Positions 50,976 through 61,507 of a stretch of DNA of 64,000 nt are shown piece after piece. The translations under genes and the position numbers were made by a program. The DNA lies in contig CAVXXK010000003.1 of assembly GCA_963765675.1 (NCBI GenBank), forward strand, positions 1 through 64,000, written 5' to 3'. The notes under the pieces were generated by a model that ran no database searches, had not been told where the DNA came from, and saw only the letters and a program-made list of their open reading frames with translations. Source of the DNA: an uncultured delta proteobacterium (GTDB lineage: Bacteria; Desulfobacterota; Binatia; Binatales; Binataceae). Position 1 is the stretch's first letter, and each line of letters opens with the position of its first letter.

Positions 50976-51482
50976 TCAGCCACCCCTCCTGAGATCTTCG
51001 GCCAGCTTGCGCCGCAGTTCGGGATCGAACGCGGGCTCGTCGGCCGACGGCTGCACCGGCTCGGGCGAAGAGGATTCGGGGGTGTGATGCCACCGGTGCG
51101 CCGTGAAGATTATCAATCCGGCGCCGATCAGCAGCGCTCCGAATGGCGTGATCCACGCGAACAGATTGAAGCCTTCGGTAGTGGGCGCGGAGAGCACTTT
51201 CTCGCCGAACTTATGCCGGTAGAAAGAGATGATCTCGACCTGCGACTTGCCTTGGTCGATCATCTCCTGAATATGCGTCCGCGTTGGAACCGAGAAGCTG
51301 CACGTCGGCATGTTGCAGTTGGCGACGGTGAGGCCGCATCCGCATTGGCAGGTGAGACCTTGCGCAACCTGTTCCGCATTGGGGCGGGTCGCGGCCCGCA
51401 GGCTCCGCGCGCCTGACGCGCCGAGCACGAGTGCGAAGAGCGCTGCGGCGAGCACGAAGGTCGGTCGTGCGCGCACGTTCAT
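50976..51482 (-). CDS. ccmH: CcmH-like cytochrome c maturation protein
   Basis: Signal peptide, LTCQCGC...C....C, MIDQGKS..EII.FY..KFGEKVL.AP...GFN..AW..P. Confidence 0.82.
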   Translation of the reverse strand: MNVRARPTFVLAAALFALVLGASGARSLRAATRPNAEQVAQGLTCQCGCGLTVANCNMPTCSFSVPTRTHIQEMIDQGKSQVEIISFYRHKFGEKVLSAPTTEGFNLFAWITPFGALLIGAGLIIFTAHRWHHTPESSSPEPVQPSADEPAFDPELRRKLAEDLRRGG

Positions 51483-53491
51483 TCTCCGCCGGGTGCAGGA
51501 TCACCCGCGATCGAGACCGGGGCCGCGCGTCTGACGGCGACGGCGATCGCGGCGCGTTCGCGCACGTTCGGCCACATCACGACCACCGTACCGATCGCCA
51601 TCAGCAATCCTCCCGCCCACAGCCAGAAGACCAGCGGAGTCAGGAAGACCTCGAATGTGGCCTGGCCGTTTTGGTCGAGACCGGCGAGCACGATGTAGAG
51701 ATCGGCAAACGGGGTCGAGCGGATCGCGACCCTGGTCGCGGGCTGCTGCTCGCGTTTGTAGAAGAGCTTCGCGGGCGCCATCTCGGTGACGACGCTGCCG
51801 CCCCGCGAGACCTCGATCCGCGCGGTCGCGGTTTCCATGTGCGCGTTCTCGAACGCGGAGAGGCCGAGATAGCGCAGGTCGTAGGCGCCGATCGAAAAAC
51901 TCTGGCCTTCGCGCACGCTCTTCTTAACTTCGGTCTTGAAGAATGACGACCCGACGATCCCGACGAACGCGACGATGACTCCGATATGAATGATGTATCC
52001 GCCGTAACGCCGGTTGTTCTTCGCCACCAGGTTGACCAGCGCCTTCGGCGCGGTCTCGGCCAGCATATGCTGCCGCGCGCCGACTCCGCGCCGAAACTCG
52101 ACCACGATCGTGCCGAGCACGAACGCGGCGAGCGAGATCGCGGTCAGCACGTACCACTCGCGGAGTCCGGCGGCGAGCGCGATCACGCCGATCGTGACCC
52201 CCGCAATCGCCGGAGCGGCGAAGCTCTTCACCAGGTTGCTCGCGGTGGTGCGGCGCCATGCGATAAGCGGACCCACGCCCATCAGGAAGATCAGCCCAAG
52301 CGCGAGCGGTCCGGCAACGCGATTAAAGAATGGCGGACCGACGGTGATCTTCACTCCGCGCACGGCCTCGGAGAGCACTGGAAAGATCGTGCCCCAGAAA
52401 ACCGCGAACGCGATTCCGATCAGCATCAGGTTGTTGAACAGGAACGCCGCCTCGCGCGAGAGATATGACTCGAACTCGGCCGGGCTGCGCAGCTCTTTGG
52501 AGCGAAAGATCAGCAGACCCGTGTAACCCGACACGACGATGATCAGGAAGCATAAGAAGTACGGCCCGAGTCCCGATTGTGTAAACGAATGCACCGACGA
52601 GATCACACCGCTTCGCGTGATGAAGGTGCCGAAAAGCGTGAGCGAAAACGCAAGCCCGATAAGCGCAAGGTTCCAGACCTTCAGCATGTCCTTGCGCTCC
52701 TGGATCATCACCGAATGCAGGAACGCGGTCATCACGAGCCAGGGCATGAAGGCCGCGTTCTCGACCGGGTCCCATGCCCAGTAACCGCCCCAGCCGAGGA
52801 CCTCGTAGGCCCACCTTGCGCCGAACAGATTTCCGAGCGTCAGGAAGAACCAGGAGAAGATCGCCCAGCGCCGCGTCGTGCGAATCCAGGTATCGTCGAG
52901 CTTGCCGGTCATCAATGCGGCGGCGCCAAACGCGAACGGAACCGTGGCGCTGACATAGCCGGTATAGAGCGACGGCGGATGGATCGCCATCCAGTAATTC
53001 TGAAGTAAAGGATTAAGATCTGTTCCCTGCGCCGGGATAACCGACATGAGATCGAACGGCCGCGTGACGAAGTTCAGCATCCCGAGAAAAAAGATCGCGA
53101 CCCCCGCCAGCACCGCCATCGCGTAGGGCGCGATCTCCGGGTTTCGGCGGCGATTTAAAAACGCGGCTACCGAGGTGAAAATCGAGAGCAGCCAGGTCCA
53201 GAAGAGCAGCGAGCCCTGCTGCCCGCCCCATAAGGCGGTGAACTTGTAGGCCGTCGGCAGCGTGGTGCTCGAGTACGAGGCCACGTATTCGAGCGAGAAG
53301 TCCGAAGTCAGCAGACCGGTCCACAGCGCGACCACCGCGATCGTCACCATCGCGCACATCGCCCACAACGCATGGCGCGCGCTCGCGATAAACTCCGGAT
53401 GCGACCGGCGGACACCATAGATGTTGGCGCCGATCGAATAGATCGCGAGCAGTAACGCGATCGCGAGCGCAAGTCGTCCTAAAACAGGCAT
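51479..53491 (-). CDS. ccmF: Cytochrome c heme lyase subunit
   Basis: WGGQQGSLL, LNPLLQ..WM.IHPP, WGGYWAWDPVEN, TRSG..SSVHSF, HIG. Confidence 0.96.
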   Translation of the reverse strand: MPVLGRLALAIALLLAIYSIGANIYGVRRSHPEFIASARHALWAMCAMVTIAVVALWTGLLTSDFSLEYVASYSSTTLPTAYKFTALWGGQQGSLLFWTWLLSIFTSVAAFLNRRRNPEIAPYAMAVLAGVAIFFLGMLNFVTRPFDLMSVIPAQGTDLNPLLQNYWMAIHPPSLYTGYVSATVPFAFGAAALMTGKLDDTWIRTTRRWAIFSWFFLTLGNLFGARWAYEVLGWGGYWAWDPVENAAFMPWLVMTAFLHSVMIQERKDMLKVWNLALIGLAFSLTLFGTFITRSGVISSVHSFTQSGLGPYFLCFLIIVVSGYTGLLIFRSKELRSPAEFESYLSREAAFLFNNLMLIGIAFAVFWGTIFPVLSEAVRGVKITVGPPFFNRVAGPLALGLIFLMGVGPLIAWRRTTASNLVKSFAAPAIAGVTIGVIALAAGLREWYVLTAISLAAFVLGTIVVEFRRGVGARQHMLAETAPKALVNLVAKNNRRYGGYIIHIGVIVAFVGIVGSSFFKTEVKKSVREGQSFSIGAYDLRYLGLSAFENAHMETATARIEVSRGGSVVTEMAPAKLFYKREQQPATRVAIRSTPFADLYIVLAGLDQNGQATFEVFLTPLVFWLWAGGLLMAIGTVVVMWPNVRERAAIAVAVRRAAPVSIAGDPAPGGE

Positions 53492-53512
53492 TGTTCCTCT
53501 ACTTGGGTTGAT

Positions 53513-53959
53513 CTACTTAGCTTGCGCCGGCTTGTACTTGGAAGGGCAACTCGTGAGCACTTGCGTTGCCGTGATATGTCCGGCCGAGTCGAGCTTGCCT
53601 TCGACGATCACGTCGCGGTTGTCGGCGAACATGTCAGGTTTAGGTTCGCCCGCACAGGTCACCGTGTATGAAACGGGATCGGCAGTCGAGACTGGTTTCA
53701 CCGCTGGATCGGCGTTCGGATCCGGAATCGCCACGATTCCAAAATTGAGCGTGAGCGTCGCCGGATCCCACGCGGTCGTGCCCGGCTTGACGCGTCCTGC
53801 CACCCGCAGCGGCTGCCCAATCAGTTCGGCCTGGCGCGCGCCGACTTCATTGACGGTCAGATAATATTCGGAGGTGCTCCGGATCGCGGTGGTGATCAGA
53901 TAGACGATCGCGCCCACGACGAGCGCCGTGCCAATAACAAATCGCAGCCGAAAACGCAT
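53513..53959 (-). CDS. ccmE: Heme chaperone CcmE (CXXXY variant)
   Basis: N-terminal TM, YYLTV, LRVAGRV..G, PDMF, VIVEG, TSCPSKY. Confidence 0.92.
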   Translation of the reverse strand: MRFRLRFVIGTALVVGAIVYLITTAIRSTSEYYLTVNEVGARQAELIGQPLRVAGRVKPGTTAWDPATLTLNFGIVAIPDPNADPAVKPVSTADPVSYTVTCAGEPKPDMFADNRDVIVEGKLDSAGHITATQVLTSCPSKYKPAQAK

Positions 53960-54166
53960 CGCCCGATATTATCCGCGCCTGAGCACCAAGCGATCAACCC
54001 ACGCGCGCTTCGATCGTGATTAGCTGACGATCTTCCGTATCTTTCCGGTTCCGTTATTGCTGGTTGTACGCAAGTGCTGCCTCTAAGGTCCCCGAACATC
54101 GTCACTCCACCCCTTCTAAACCTGCCAATGTAGAGGAGACTGTCGTTAAACGACGGCTCTTATCCG

Positions 54167-54193
54167 CATCCTGAACGGAGGCTCAGGATGACA
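54167..54193. repeat. Short REP-like hairpin (possible terminator of lpxA)
   Basis: CATCCTGA-N8-TCAGGATG followed by ACA. The end resembles the GGAATGACA end of the other REP-like copies. Confidence 0.45.
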
Positions 54194-54245
54194 ACAACGA
54201 AAGACTTGCCAGAAAATCGAGGTCTCGGAATTAGACGGCGGCGCC

Positions 54246-55076
54246 CTACTCTTCTTCCGACGACGCGCCGTGTGAGGCGCGGGCGCCGAAGGCTACACCG
54301 CGTTTGCTCTTGCGGATGAACTCGATCATCTCGGTTACCTCGGGCGCGGGCGGACCGGCGGCGAGCAGGCGGTCGATCGCGAGTGACAGGTTCTGCCGCG
54401 TTCCGAACAGCGCTATGAATGCGCGGCGGAGCGCGGTGATCGCGGCGGCGCTGAAACCCGCGCGCTTGAGCCCGATCACGTTTATCGCGCGCAGCGTATG
54501 CACTCCGTCCACGATGCAGAACGGCGGGATGTCGCGGCTCATGCGCGAGCCTCCGCGCGTCAGCGCGAGCCGCCCAATCCTGGTGTACTGATGCACTACG
54601 CAGTTGCCCGAGACCAGCGCGCGATCGCCGACCTGCACCCATCCTGCCAGCAGCGCCCCGCCCGCGATAATCGTATGGTCGCCGATCACGCAATCGTGCC
54701 CGATATGCGCGTTGTGCATCACGAAGTTGTCGCTGCCGATCGTCGTGACGAGGCCTTTCTCGCATCCGCGATGCACCGTCGCGCCCTCGCGGAAAATATT
54801 CCGGTCGCCGATTCTGACCTGCCGCGGCGCTCCACTATACGAAAGATCCTGCGGGTCGTCGCCGATTACGACGGTTGGATGCATCACGTTGTCGGCTCCC
54901 ATTTCCGTATCGCCGAAAATCGCAACGTGGCTGATTAGCCGCGTGCGCGCACCGAGCTTGACCTGCCCCTCGAGCATGCAGAATGGTCCGATCTCGACGC
55001 CCGGACCAAGCTCGGCAGCAGGATCGACGACCGCCGACGGATGAATCTTCGGCGCGGCGGATTTTTTTGGCGGCAT
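54246..55076 (-). CDS. lpxA: Acyl-ACP--UDP-N-acetylglucosamine O-acyltransferase
   Basis: IHPSAVVD, PQDL.Y, IFRE..TVHRG, HIGHDC, VHQY.RIG, N.IGLKRAGF. Confidence 0.92.
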   Translation of the reverse strand: MPPKKSAAPKIHPSAVVDPAAELGPGVEIGPFCMLEGQVKLGARTRLISHVAIFGDTEMGADNVMHPTVVIGDDPQDLSYSGAPRQVRIGDRNIFREGATVHRGCEKGLVTTIGSDNFVMHNAHIGHDCVIGDHTIIAGGALLAGWVQVGDRALVSGNCVVHQYTRIGRLALTRGGSRMSRDIPPFCIVDGVHTLRAINVIGLKRAGFSAAAITALRRAFIALFGTRQNLSLAIDRLLAAGPPAPEVTEMIEFIRKSKRGVAFGARASHGASSEEE

Positions 55077-55082
55077 CGCGGG

Positions 55083-55289
55083 TCAGTTGAGTTCGGGCTT
55101 CTTCGCAGAGGGGTCTTTGCGGCGATCGTCGGGATGTTCGGAATCGTCTTCGGCTTTGCCGCCGGCAACGCGATACTCCTCGGCTGCCCAGGTGCCGAGA
55201 TCGACCATCCTGCACCGCTCGGAGCAGAAGGGACGGAACTGGTTGCGCGGCGTGGCGTCAACCGGTCTCTTGCAAGTCGGGCATCGCAT
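55083..55289 (-). CDS. yacG: DNA gyrase inhibitor
   Basis: CPTC...RPFCSERCRMVDLGTWAAEEYRV. Confidence 0.92.
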   Translation of the reverse strand: MRCPTCKRPVDATPRNQFRPFCSERCRMVDLGTWAAEEYRVAGGKAEDDSEHPDDRRKDPSAKKPELN

Positions 55290-55383
55290 GAGAGGCTCGC
55301 TCAATTCGAGAATTGCCAGATCGAGCGCGGATGCGCAATCCGCCGCCGATGGGTATGCTGAGCACAAGAATTTAAGAGAATAG

Positions 55384-56451
55384 ATGATGATTACCACTCC
55401 GGTTCCGATTGTCGATCTGCGCGGGACTCCGAAAGAGCGCGGGCGCGCGCACGGCGAGGCGTTGCGCGCGCAGATCGCGACGGTGCGCGCGCAATGGCGC
55501 GAGAGTATCGCCGCGCGCTTTCGCGTCGATCCCGATTCCTTCATCGAGACCTTTCTCGCCGAGACGCGCTTTATCGATGCGATGCGGCGATGGACGCCTG
55601 CGCTGATCGATGAAATCGAAGGAATCGCGGAAGGAAGCACACGGCCGCTGAAGGAAACCCTCGCGTTCCAATGCATGGATGAGGAATGGTGGTTCGGCGC
55701 GACGCGCTTCGGTCCGAAGGCGGGCGCGGCTACAGGATGCAGCGTCATCGCGAGCGCCGCGACGCGGCGGGAGGCTGCCAATCCTCGCGCAGAACATGGA
55801 CCTGCACGGCTACCTCGACGGCGGCCAGGCCGTCATCCGGATTAGCGGCGGAGACGAGCCCGACGCTACCATCCTGACGATCTGCGGAATGCTCGCACTG
55901 TGCGGCGCGAATGATCTGGGCGTCGGCGTCGCGGTGAACACGCTATGGCAATTGCCGAGCGCTGCCGACGGACTTCCGGTCGCGTGCGTGGTGCGATCTC
56001 TTCTCGCCCAGCGCAGTCTCAGTGACGCGGCGCGATGGATTGAATCGCGCATCACGCGAGCGGCCAGCATTACATGATCGGAGATCCCGGCGGCTTCGCG
56101 AGTTTTGAAGCGTCGGGGAGCTCGGTGATGCCGGTGCCGTTGACGCCATCCGCATACGTGCACACCAATCATCCGCTGGCTGGCGACACACTGCCGAACC
56201 CGGCTGAGGAAAATTCGCGCGGCCGCTACGAAACGCTATGCCATCTGGTCGCCGGCAAGGCTCTAAGCGTGGCGGAGGTCGAAGCGGCGCTGGCCGACCG
56301 CGGCGGACCGCATCCGATTTCCGTGTGCCGAGATCCGAACAAGCCCGGCCGTACGATGACGTTCGCGTCGATCGTGATGGAGCTTGGCCGTCCGCCGAAA
56401 ATCCGGATTGCCGGCGGACCGCCATGCTCGAACGCTTATCGGGCTTTATAA
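55384..56451 (+). CDS. C45-family Ntn acyltransferase/peptidase; two frameshifts (~55765, ~56050)
   Basis: GTPKERGRAHG, EIEGIAEG, G-C-S cleavage site, then AQNMD, G.N..GVGV..NTL, then HASGQHYMI, HTNH across three frames. Confidence 0.8.
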
Positions 56452-56452
56452 A

Positions 56453-56719
56453 TTATCTCTCAGGAAAAGCCTGGAGCAGGACTCCGCTCTTGGTGATCTT
56501 GAGGCACTCCACTTCGTCGCGCGAGAAGTCAGGATCGCACAGCGGGCGGTCGATGCCGGGGCATCGGTAGAGACTGGGCTCCAGCACTTCGCACTTCGAC
56601 AAATCAAAATTTGCGGCGGCGTACTTCTGCGCCGGCGTCTCGCTCGACGGTGTGACGGAGGAGCATCCGGTTGCGGCCAGAATCGCAAACGCCAATCCCG
56701 CACATGCGGCGATGCGCAT
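56453..56719 (-). CDS. Hypothetical small lipoprotein
   Basis: MRIAACAGLAFAILAATG-C lipobox plus four more Cys. Confidence 0.65.
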   Translation of the reverse strand: MRIAACAGLAFAILAATGCSSVTPSSETPAQKYAAANFDLSKCEVLEPSLYRCPGIDRPLCDPDFSRDEVECLKITKSGVLLQAFPER

Positions 56720-56724
56720 CGTTT

Positions 56725-57378
56725 TCAAAATACCACCGTGCCGCTGCAACGGTCGGAGCCTCCGCCGGCGCGGAAGGTCGCACTGTGTTGATCGAAAAAC
56801 AGCCGCCCGAAATAGCAGAACTCTTCGTTCTGAGCAGGTCCCTTGTAGACAATCCGAACGTGCACCTGCATCTTCGATTTTCCCGACATTACCGACTCGT
56901 ACAGGTCCGGAGAAAGATAATCGTAGAAGTAATGCTCGACGCCGGGTGAAAGGACTCCAGGAGCCATCGTGGTCATGTCGCCGCCGCTGCTCTTGACCAA
57001 TTTGCCGTCGATCAGGCTGTGCACGCTGACAAACGCGTCGATCGCCGGAATTCTGCCGAAGTTTTTGAATGCGACCGAGACCCGCGGATTCGGCGACGCA
57101 GTCTCCTCGAAGTTCACCGATTCGACTCCCATAAATGGACGATCCGAGACCGCGAACACCATTCGCGTCACCTGCGCGGTGCGCCAAGTCGCGTAGGCGC
57201 TAAACCCGGTGGCAAACACCATCAGGATTGCCATGAAATCGGCCAGCCTGATCGCCCGCCCTACCCGGATCAATTGCGAACGCTCGCTGCGCTCGAGCTT
57301 GCGTTCGCGTTCGAGTTCGCGCTCTAACTCCGCGCGCTTGGCCGACTCCGTTCCCGAACCCGTTTCGTGCTCCCCCAT
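56725..57378 (-). CDS. Hypothetical single-pass membrane protein
   Basis: GGGAGG RBS, charged N-terminus, one TM, beta-rich C-terminal domain (DRPFMGV...FKNFGRIPA). Confidence 0.65.
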   Translation of the reverse strand: MGEHETGSGTESAKRAELERELERERKLERSERSQLIRVGRAIRLADFMAILMVFATGFSAYATWRTAQVTRMVFAVSDRPFMGVESVNFEETASPNPRVSVAFKNFGRIPAIDAFVSVHSLIDGKLVKSSGGDMTTMAPGVLSPGVEHYFYDYLSPDLYESVMSGKSKMQVHVRIVYKGPAQNEEFCYFGRLFFDQHSATFRAGGGSDRCSGTVVF

Positions 57379-57425
57379 CGCGCCCTCCCCGCTCTTGCCC
57401 CACTCCCTCTCCGCAAGGTTTTACC

Positions 57426-59642
57426 CTAAGGCGCGGCAAACCACAGCACCGACAGCGGAGGCAGTTCGATCGAGATCGAAAATGGGAACTGATGCCACGG
57501 ATGCGCCTGCGCCTCGACGCCGCCAAGATTGCCGACGTTGCCGCCGCCATAGATCGCGGCGTCGGTGTTGAGGATCTCGCGATACCATCCTGGCGCGGGC
57601 ACACCCACGCGGAAGCGCGAGCGATGCACCGGCGAGAAATTGCATGCGCACACGACTTTTGCGCCGGTCTTCGGCGCGATCCGGATGAAGGAGATCACGT
57701 TGTCGGCCGCATTGTCGGCATCGATCCAGTGAAAACCCGCCGGCTCGCAATCGGCCTCCCACAACGCAGGATTCTCGCGATACACGCGGTTGAGATCGCG
57801 CACCAACGCGCGGAGCCCGCGATGCGGCGCGTACTCGAGCAGATGCCATTCCAGGCTCGAATCGTGATCCCATTCCGACCATTGCCCGAACTCATTGCCC
57901 ATGAATAGATGCTTCTTGCCCGGCCGCGCCCACATGTATCCGTAGAGCGCGCGCAGATTCGCGAAGCGCTCGGGCGCCCGCCCCGGCATCTTGTCGAGCA
58001 TCGAGCGTTTGCCGTGAACCACCTCGTCGTGCGACAGCGGCAGCACGAAGTTTTCACTCCATGCGTAGAGCATCCCGAAACTCAAATTGCGATGGTGCCA
58101 TTTGCGGTAGATCGGATCGAGCGAGAAGTACGCGAGCGTGTCGTGCATCCATCCCATGTCCCACTTGAACCCGAATCCGAGTCCTCCCATGAAGACCGGC
58201 CGGCTGACTCCGCCCCACGCGGTTGATTCTTCCGCGATCATCATGATTCCCGGATTGAGCGCGTAAGTTTGTTCATTGAGCGCGCGCAGAAACGCGATCG
58301 CGTCCAGATTCTCGCGGCCGCCGTGCACGTTCGGAATCCAGTCGCCCTCGCGCCGCCCGTAGTCGAGGTAGATCATCGAGGCGACCGCATCGACGCGCAA
58401 TCCGTCGGCGTGAAACTCGCCCAGCCAATAGAGCGCGCTCGAAATCAGGAAGCTCTTCACCTCGTTGCGCCCGTAGTTGAAAATATACGTGCCCCAGTCC
58501 GGATGATTCCCCAGGCGGGGATCCTGATGCTCGTACAGCGCAGTGCCGTCAAAGCGGCCGAGGCTGAATTCATCCTTCGGAAAGTGCGCCGGCACCCAAT
58601 CGAGGATCACTCCGATCCCGCGCCGATGCATCTCATCGATCAGGTAGCGCAGGTCGTCGGGCGAGCCGAAACGCGCCGTCGGCGCGAAATATCCGCTGAC
58701 CTGGTAACCCCACGATCCGGTGAACGGATGCTCCATCACCGGCATCAGCTCGACGTGCGTGAAGCCCATCTCCTGAACGTAGTCGCCAAGCTGCTGCGCC
58801 AGCTCGCGGTAGCTGAGCCATCGATTGCCGTCTTCCGGCACGCGGCGCCACGAACCCAGATGCACCTCGTAGACGGACACCGGAGATTTGCTGGCGTCGG
58901 CCCGCGCTCGCGATTCGAGCCATTGTGCGTCGCGAAACTTGTAGCTCGATTGATAGACGATCGACGCGGTCTCCGGCGGCAACTCCATTCGCAACGCGTA
59001 GGGGTCGCTCTTCAGGAGCAGCGATCCGTCGCGGGTGCGGATTTCATACTTGTAGATCGCACCCGGCTCGAGTCCCGGAATGAATATCTCCCAGATTCCC
59101 GAGCTGCCGAGCACGCGCATCATGTGCACGCGCCCGTCCCAGCGGTTGAAGCTGCCGACTACGCTCACGCTGCGCGCGGTCGGCGCCCATACCGCGAAAC
59201 TCACTCCCGCGATTCCGCCCCACTCGATCGCATGCGCGCCCAGCTTCTCCCACGCGCGATGATGCTTCTGCTCGCCCCACAAATACATGTCGAGCTCGCC
59301 GAGCGTCGGCAGGAACGAGTACGGATCGCGCCCGGTGATGACGCTGCCGTCGGGATAGTGAACCTCGAGCCGATAGGGAAAGACCTCGGTGCGGTCCTTC
59401 ACGATCGCCTCGAACATTCCGGTCCCATCGCGCTCGAGCATCTCGTATCGCGCCGAGCCGTCCATCAACAGGAACATTTTCGATGCGCCCGGACGAAACG
59501 CGCGCACGATCACGTGGTCGCTCGCAGGATGCGCGCCGAGAATCGAATGCGGATCCGGATGCTCCAGCGCGAGCAGCCGCTCCAAATCGGTCCGCGGCGC
59601 GGCCGCCGCCTTGGGTTTGATCTCGAGTTTCGGGATGCTCAT
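57426..59642 (-). CDS. glgB: 1,4-alpha-glucan branching enzyme
   Basis: FAVWAP, YEVHLGSW, SWGYQ, DWVPAHF, DGLRVDAVASM, AEEST, LSHDEVVHGK. Start could be the TTG at 59723. Confidence 0.97.
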   Translation of the reverse strand: MSIPKLEIKPKAAAAPRTDLERLLALEHPDPHSILGAHPASDHVIVRAFRPGASKMFLLMDGSARYEMLERDGTGMFEAIVKDRTEVFPYRLEVHYPDGSVITGRDPYSFLPTLGELDMYLWGEQKHHRAWEKLGAHAIEWGGIAGVSFAVWAPTARSVSVVGSFNRWDGRVHMMRVLGSSGIWEIFIPGLEPGAIYKYEIRTRDGSLLLKSDPYALRMELPPETASIVYQSSYKFRDAQWLESRARADASKSPVSVYEVHLGSWRRVPEDGNRWLSYRELAQQLGDYVQEMGFTHVELMPVMEHPFTGSWGYQVSGYFAPTARFGSPDDLRYLIDEMHRRGIGVILDWVPAHFPKDEFSLGRFDGTALYEHQDPRLGNHPDWGTYIFNYGRNEVKSFLISSALYWLGEFHADGLRVDAVASMIYLDYGRREGDWIPNVHGGRENLDAIAFLRALNEQTYALNPGIMMIAEESTAWGGVSRPVFMGGLGFGFKWDMGWMHDTLAYFSLDPIYRKWHHRNLSFGMLYAWSENFVLPLSHDEVVHGKRSMLDKMPGRAPERFANLRALYGYMWARPGKKHLFMGNEFGQWSEWDHDSSLEWHLLEYAPHRGLRALVRDLNRVYRENPALWEADCEPAGFHWIDADNAADNVISFIRIAPKTGAKVVCACNFSPVHRSRFRVGVPAPGWYREILNTDAAIYGGGNVGNLGGVEAQAHPWHQFPFSISIELPPLSVLWFAAP

Positions 59643-59824
59643 CTGTGCAAAGTCCAGCCTTGATTCTAGATGATGCCGCGCACCTTTGCTTCCCTCTTTC
59701 GTGTCATTCCCGCGCGCGGCCAACGCAAGCAGATCTTCATCTGCTTTCCACGGGCAATTCCATTACCCATCACCTGCGTCCGCAAGCTATTTTGATTGAA
59801 GGAATCACCGGGAGAACCGCTACC

Positions 59825-61085
59825 ATGTCGTCATCGCCAAACGAACCCTCGGCGCCGCGCCGCGACGCCGTCAACCGTCTCGATCCGCTGATGGGCCAAC
59901 TCGAGGTGCTCGAGCCCGGCCTTGCGATGTTCCACGGCTTCGCCAACGTCGCCTTCGCATACGGACGCGGCGAGATGCTCGCGGCTGACACCAGCTCGCG
60001 CGCGATGGGCGCGCTCGCGATCGCGGCGATCCGCAAAGTCACCGACGAACCGGTCACGGTGATCGTCTATACCCATGGCCATGGCGATCACGCCTTCGGC
60101 ACCGAGGCATTCATCACCGACGCACTAAATCGTGGCTATCAGCGGCCAAAAATCTGGGCGCATGAGGATTTGCGCGGCCGCTTCGAGCGCTACGTCCGGA
60201 CCGCCGGATGGCAAGGGCACATCAACCGGCTGCAATTCGGCGTGACCTCGCAGGCAGTCGCGGGAATCTTCAACGAAAAATCCTATCATTACCCGGACCT
60301 GACGTTCCGCGGGATGCAGTTGCTCGAGCTCGCCGGAGAGGCAGTCGAGCTGCATCACGCGCTCGGCGAGACCGACGATGCGACGTGGGTCTGGCTGCCG
60401 CTGCGGCGCGCCGCGCTGGTCGGCGATCTGATCGTGTCCTCGCTGCCAAACACCGGCAATCCCAACAAGGTACAGCGCTACACGCTCGAATGGGCCGAAG
60501 CGCTCGAGAAGATCGCTGCGCGCAAACCTCGCTACGTGCTGCCTGGCCATGGCCCAGCGTATCGCGGCGAAGACGTGTGCGAGGAGCTTTTGCTCGAAAC
60601 CGCGCGCGCCCTGCGCTTCATCCACGACGACGTGGTCGCTCGCCTCAACGCCGGGCAATGGCCGATCGACATAATCGAAGCCGGGATCGAGCTTCCGCCC
60701 GATCTCGCCGACAAGCGCTTCCTCGCCCCCGTCTATGGATGCACCGCATTCGTCGTGCGCGACGTAATCCGCCGCTACGCCGGATGGTGGTCCGGGGAGC
60801 CCTCGCAGATGTTCCCCGCGACGCGCAAGGACCGCGCGGACGATATCCTAGCGCTATGCGGCCGCGACGCCATCCTCGATCGAGCACGCACGCTTCGCAC
60901 CGAGGGCCACCTCCAGCGCGCTCTCGCACTGGCCGAACAAGTCGTCAACGCGAGGGCCCGATGACAAAGAGGCGATCGCAATGAACGCCGAAATTCTCGA
61001 AGCCCTGTCCGCCGCAGAGCGCTCCTTCATAGCCCGCAACTTCTACACCGGCGCCGCCCGCGCGTTACGCGAGCGCCTGGCCTGA
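59825..61085 (+). CDS. Alkyl sulfatase-like metallo-beta-lactamase; +1 frameshift near 60953
   Basis: YTHGHGDH, GETDD, PNTGNP.KVQRY, LPGHG, YAGWWSGEP. After the shift: PDDKEAIA...SFIARNFY...RLA*. Confidence 0.85.
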
Positions 61086-61093
61086 TGCCTGAT

Positions 61094-61120
61094 TCCTCCG
61101 CCGATAATCACGGGGGAGGA
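61094..61120. repeat. Hairpin left of the DUF559 pseudogene
   Basis: TCCTCCGCCG-N7-CGGGGGAGGA. Confidence 0.65.
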
Positions 61121-61140
61121 TTACAAGGAGGGGGTGCAGC

Positions 61141-61495
61141 ATGCGCACTAGATACAAGCGCGGACTCCTCGACGGCATCGTCCGAGACCGCGCCCGCGAT
61201 CTTCGCGGCAACTAAACCACCGCAGAGAAACAACTATGGTCCCGCCTACGCCGCAAAAGCCTCGACGGCATCCGTTTCCGCCGCCAGCATCCGCTCTTCG
61301 GCTTCATCGTGGATTTCTGCTGTATCGAACATCGCCTCGTGATCGAACTAGACGGCGATTCGCACGCCGGCAAATCCGGATATGACGCTAAAGCTCAGAG
61401 AGCGCGGATATCGCGTAATCCGCTTTCTCAACGATCAGATCAAAGAGGACTTAGACGCCGTGGTCGAAGGAATTTGGGACGAGCTCAAGCGATAA
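61141..61495 (+). pseudogene. DUF559 (Vsr-like) endonuclease pseudogene
   Basis: RARDLRGN*TTAEKQLWSRLR...FRRQHP.FGFIVDF.C....LVIELDGDSH, then after a frameshifting deletion (~61390) LRERGYRVIRF.N. In-frame TAA at 61213-15. Confidence 0.88.
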
Positions 61496-61507
61496 TGCAC
61501 TTCTTAT

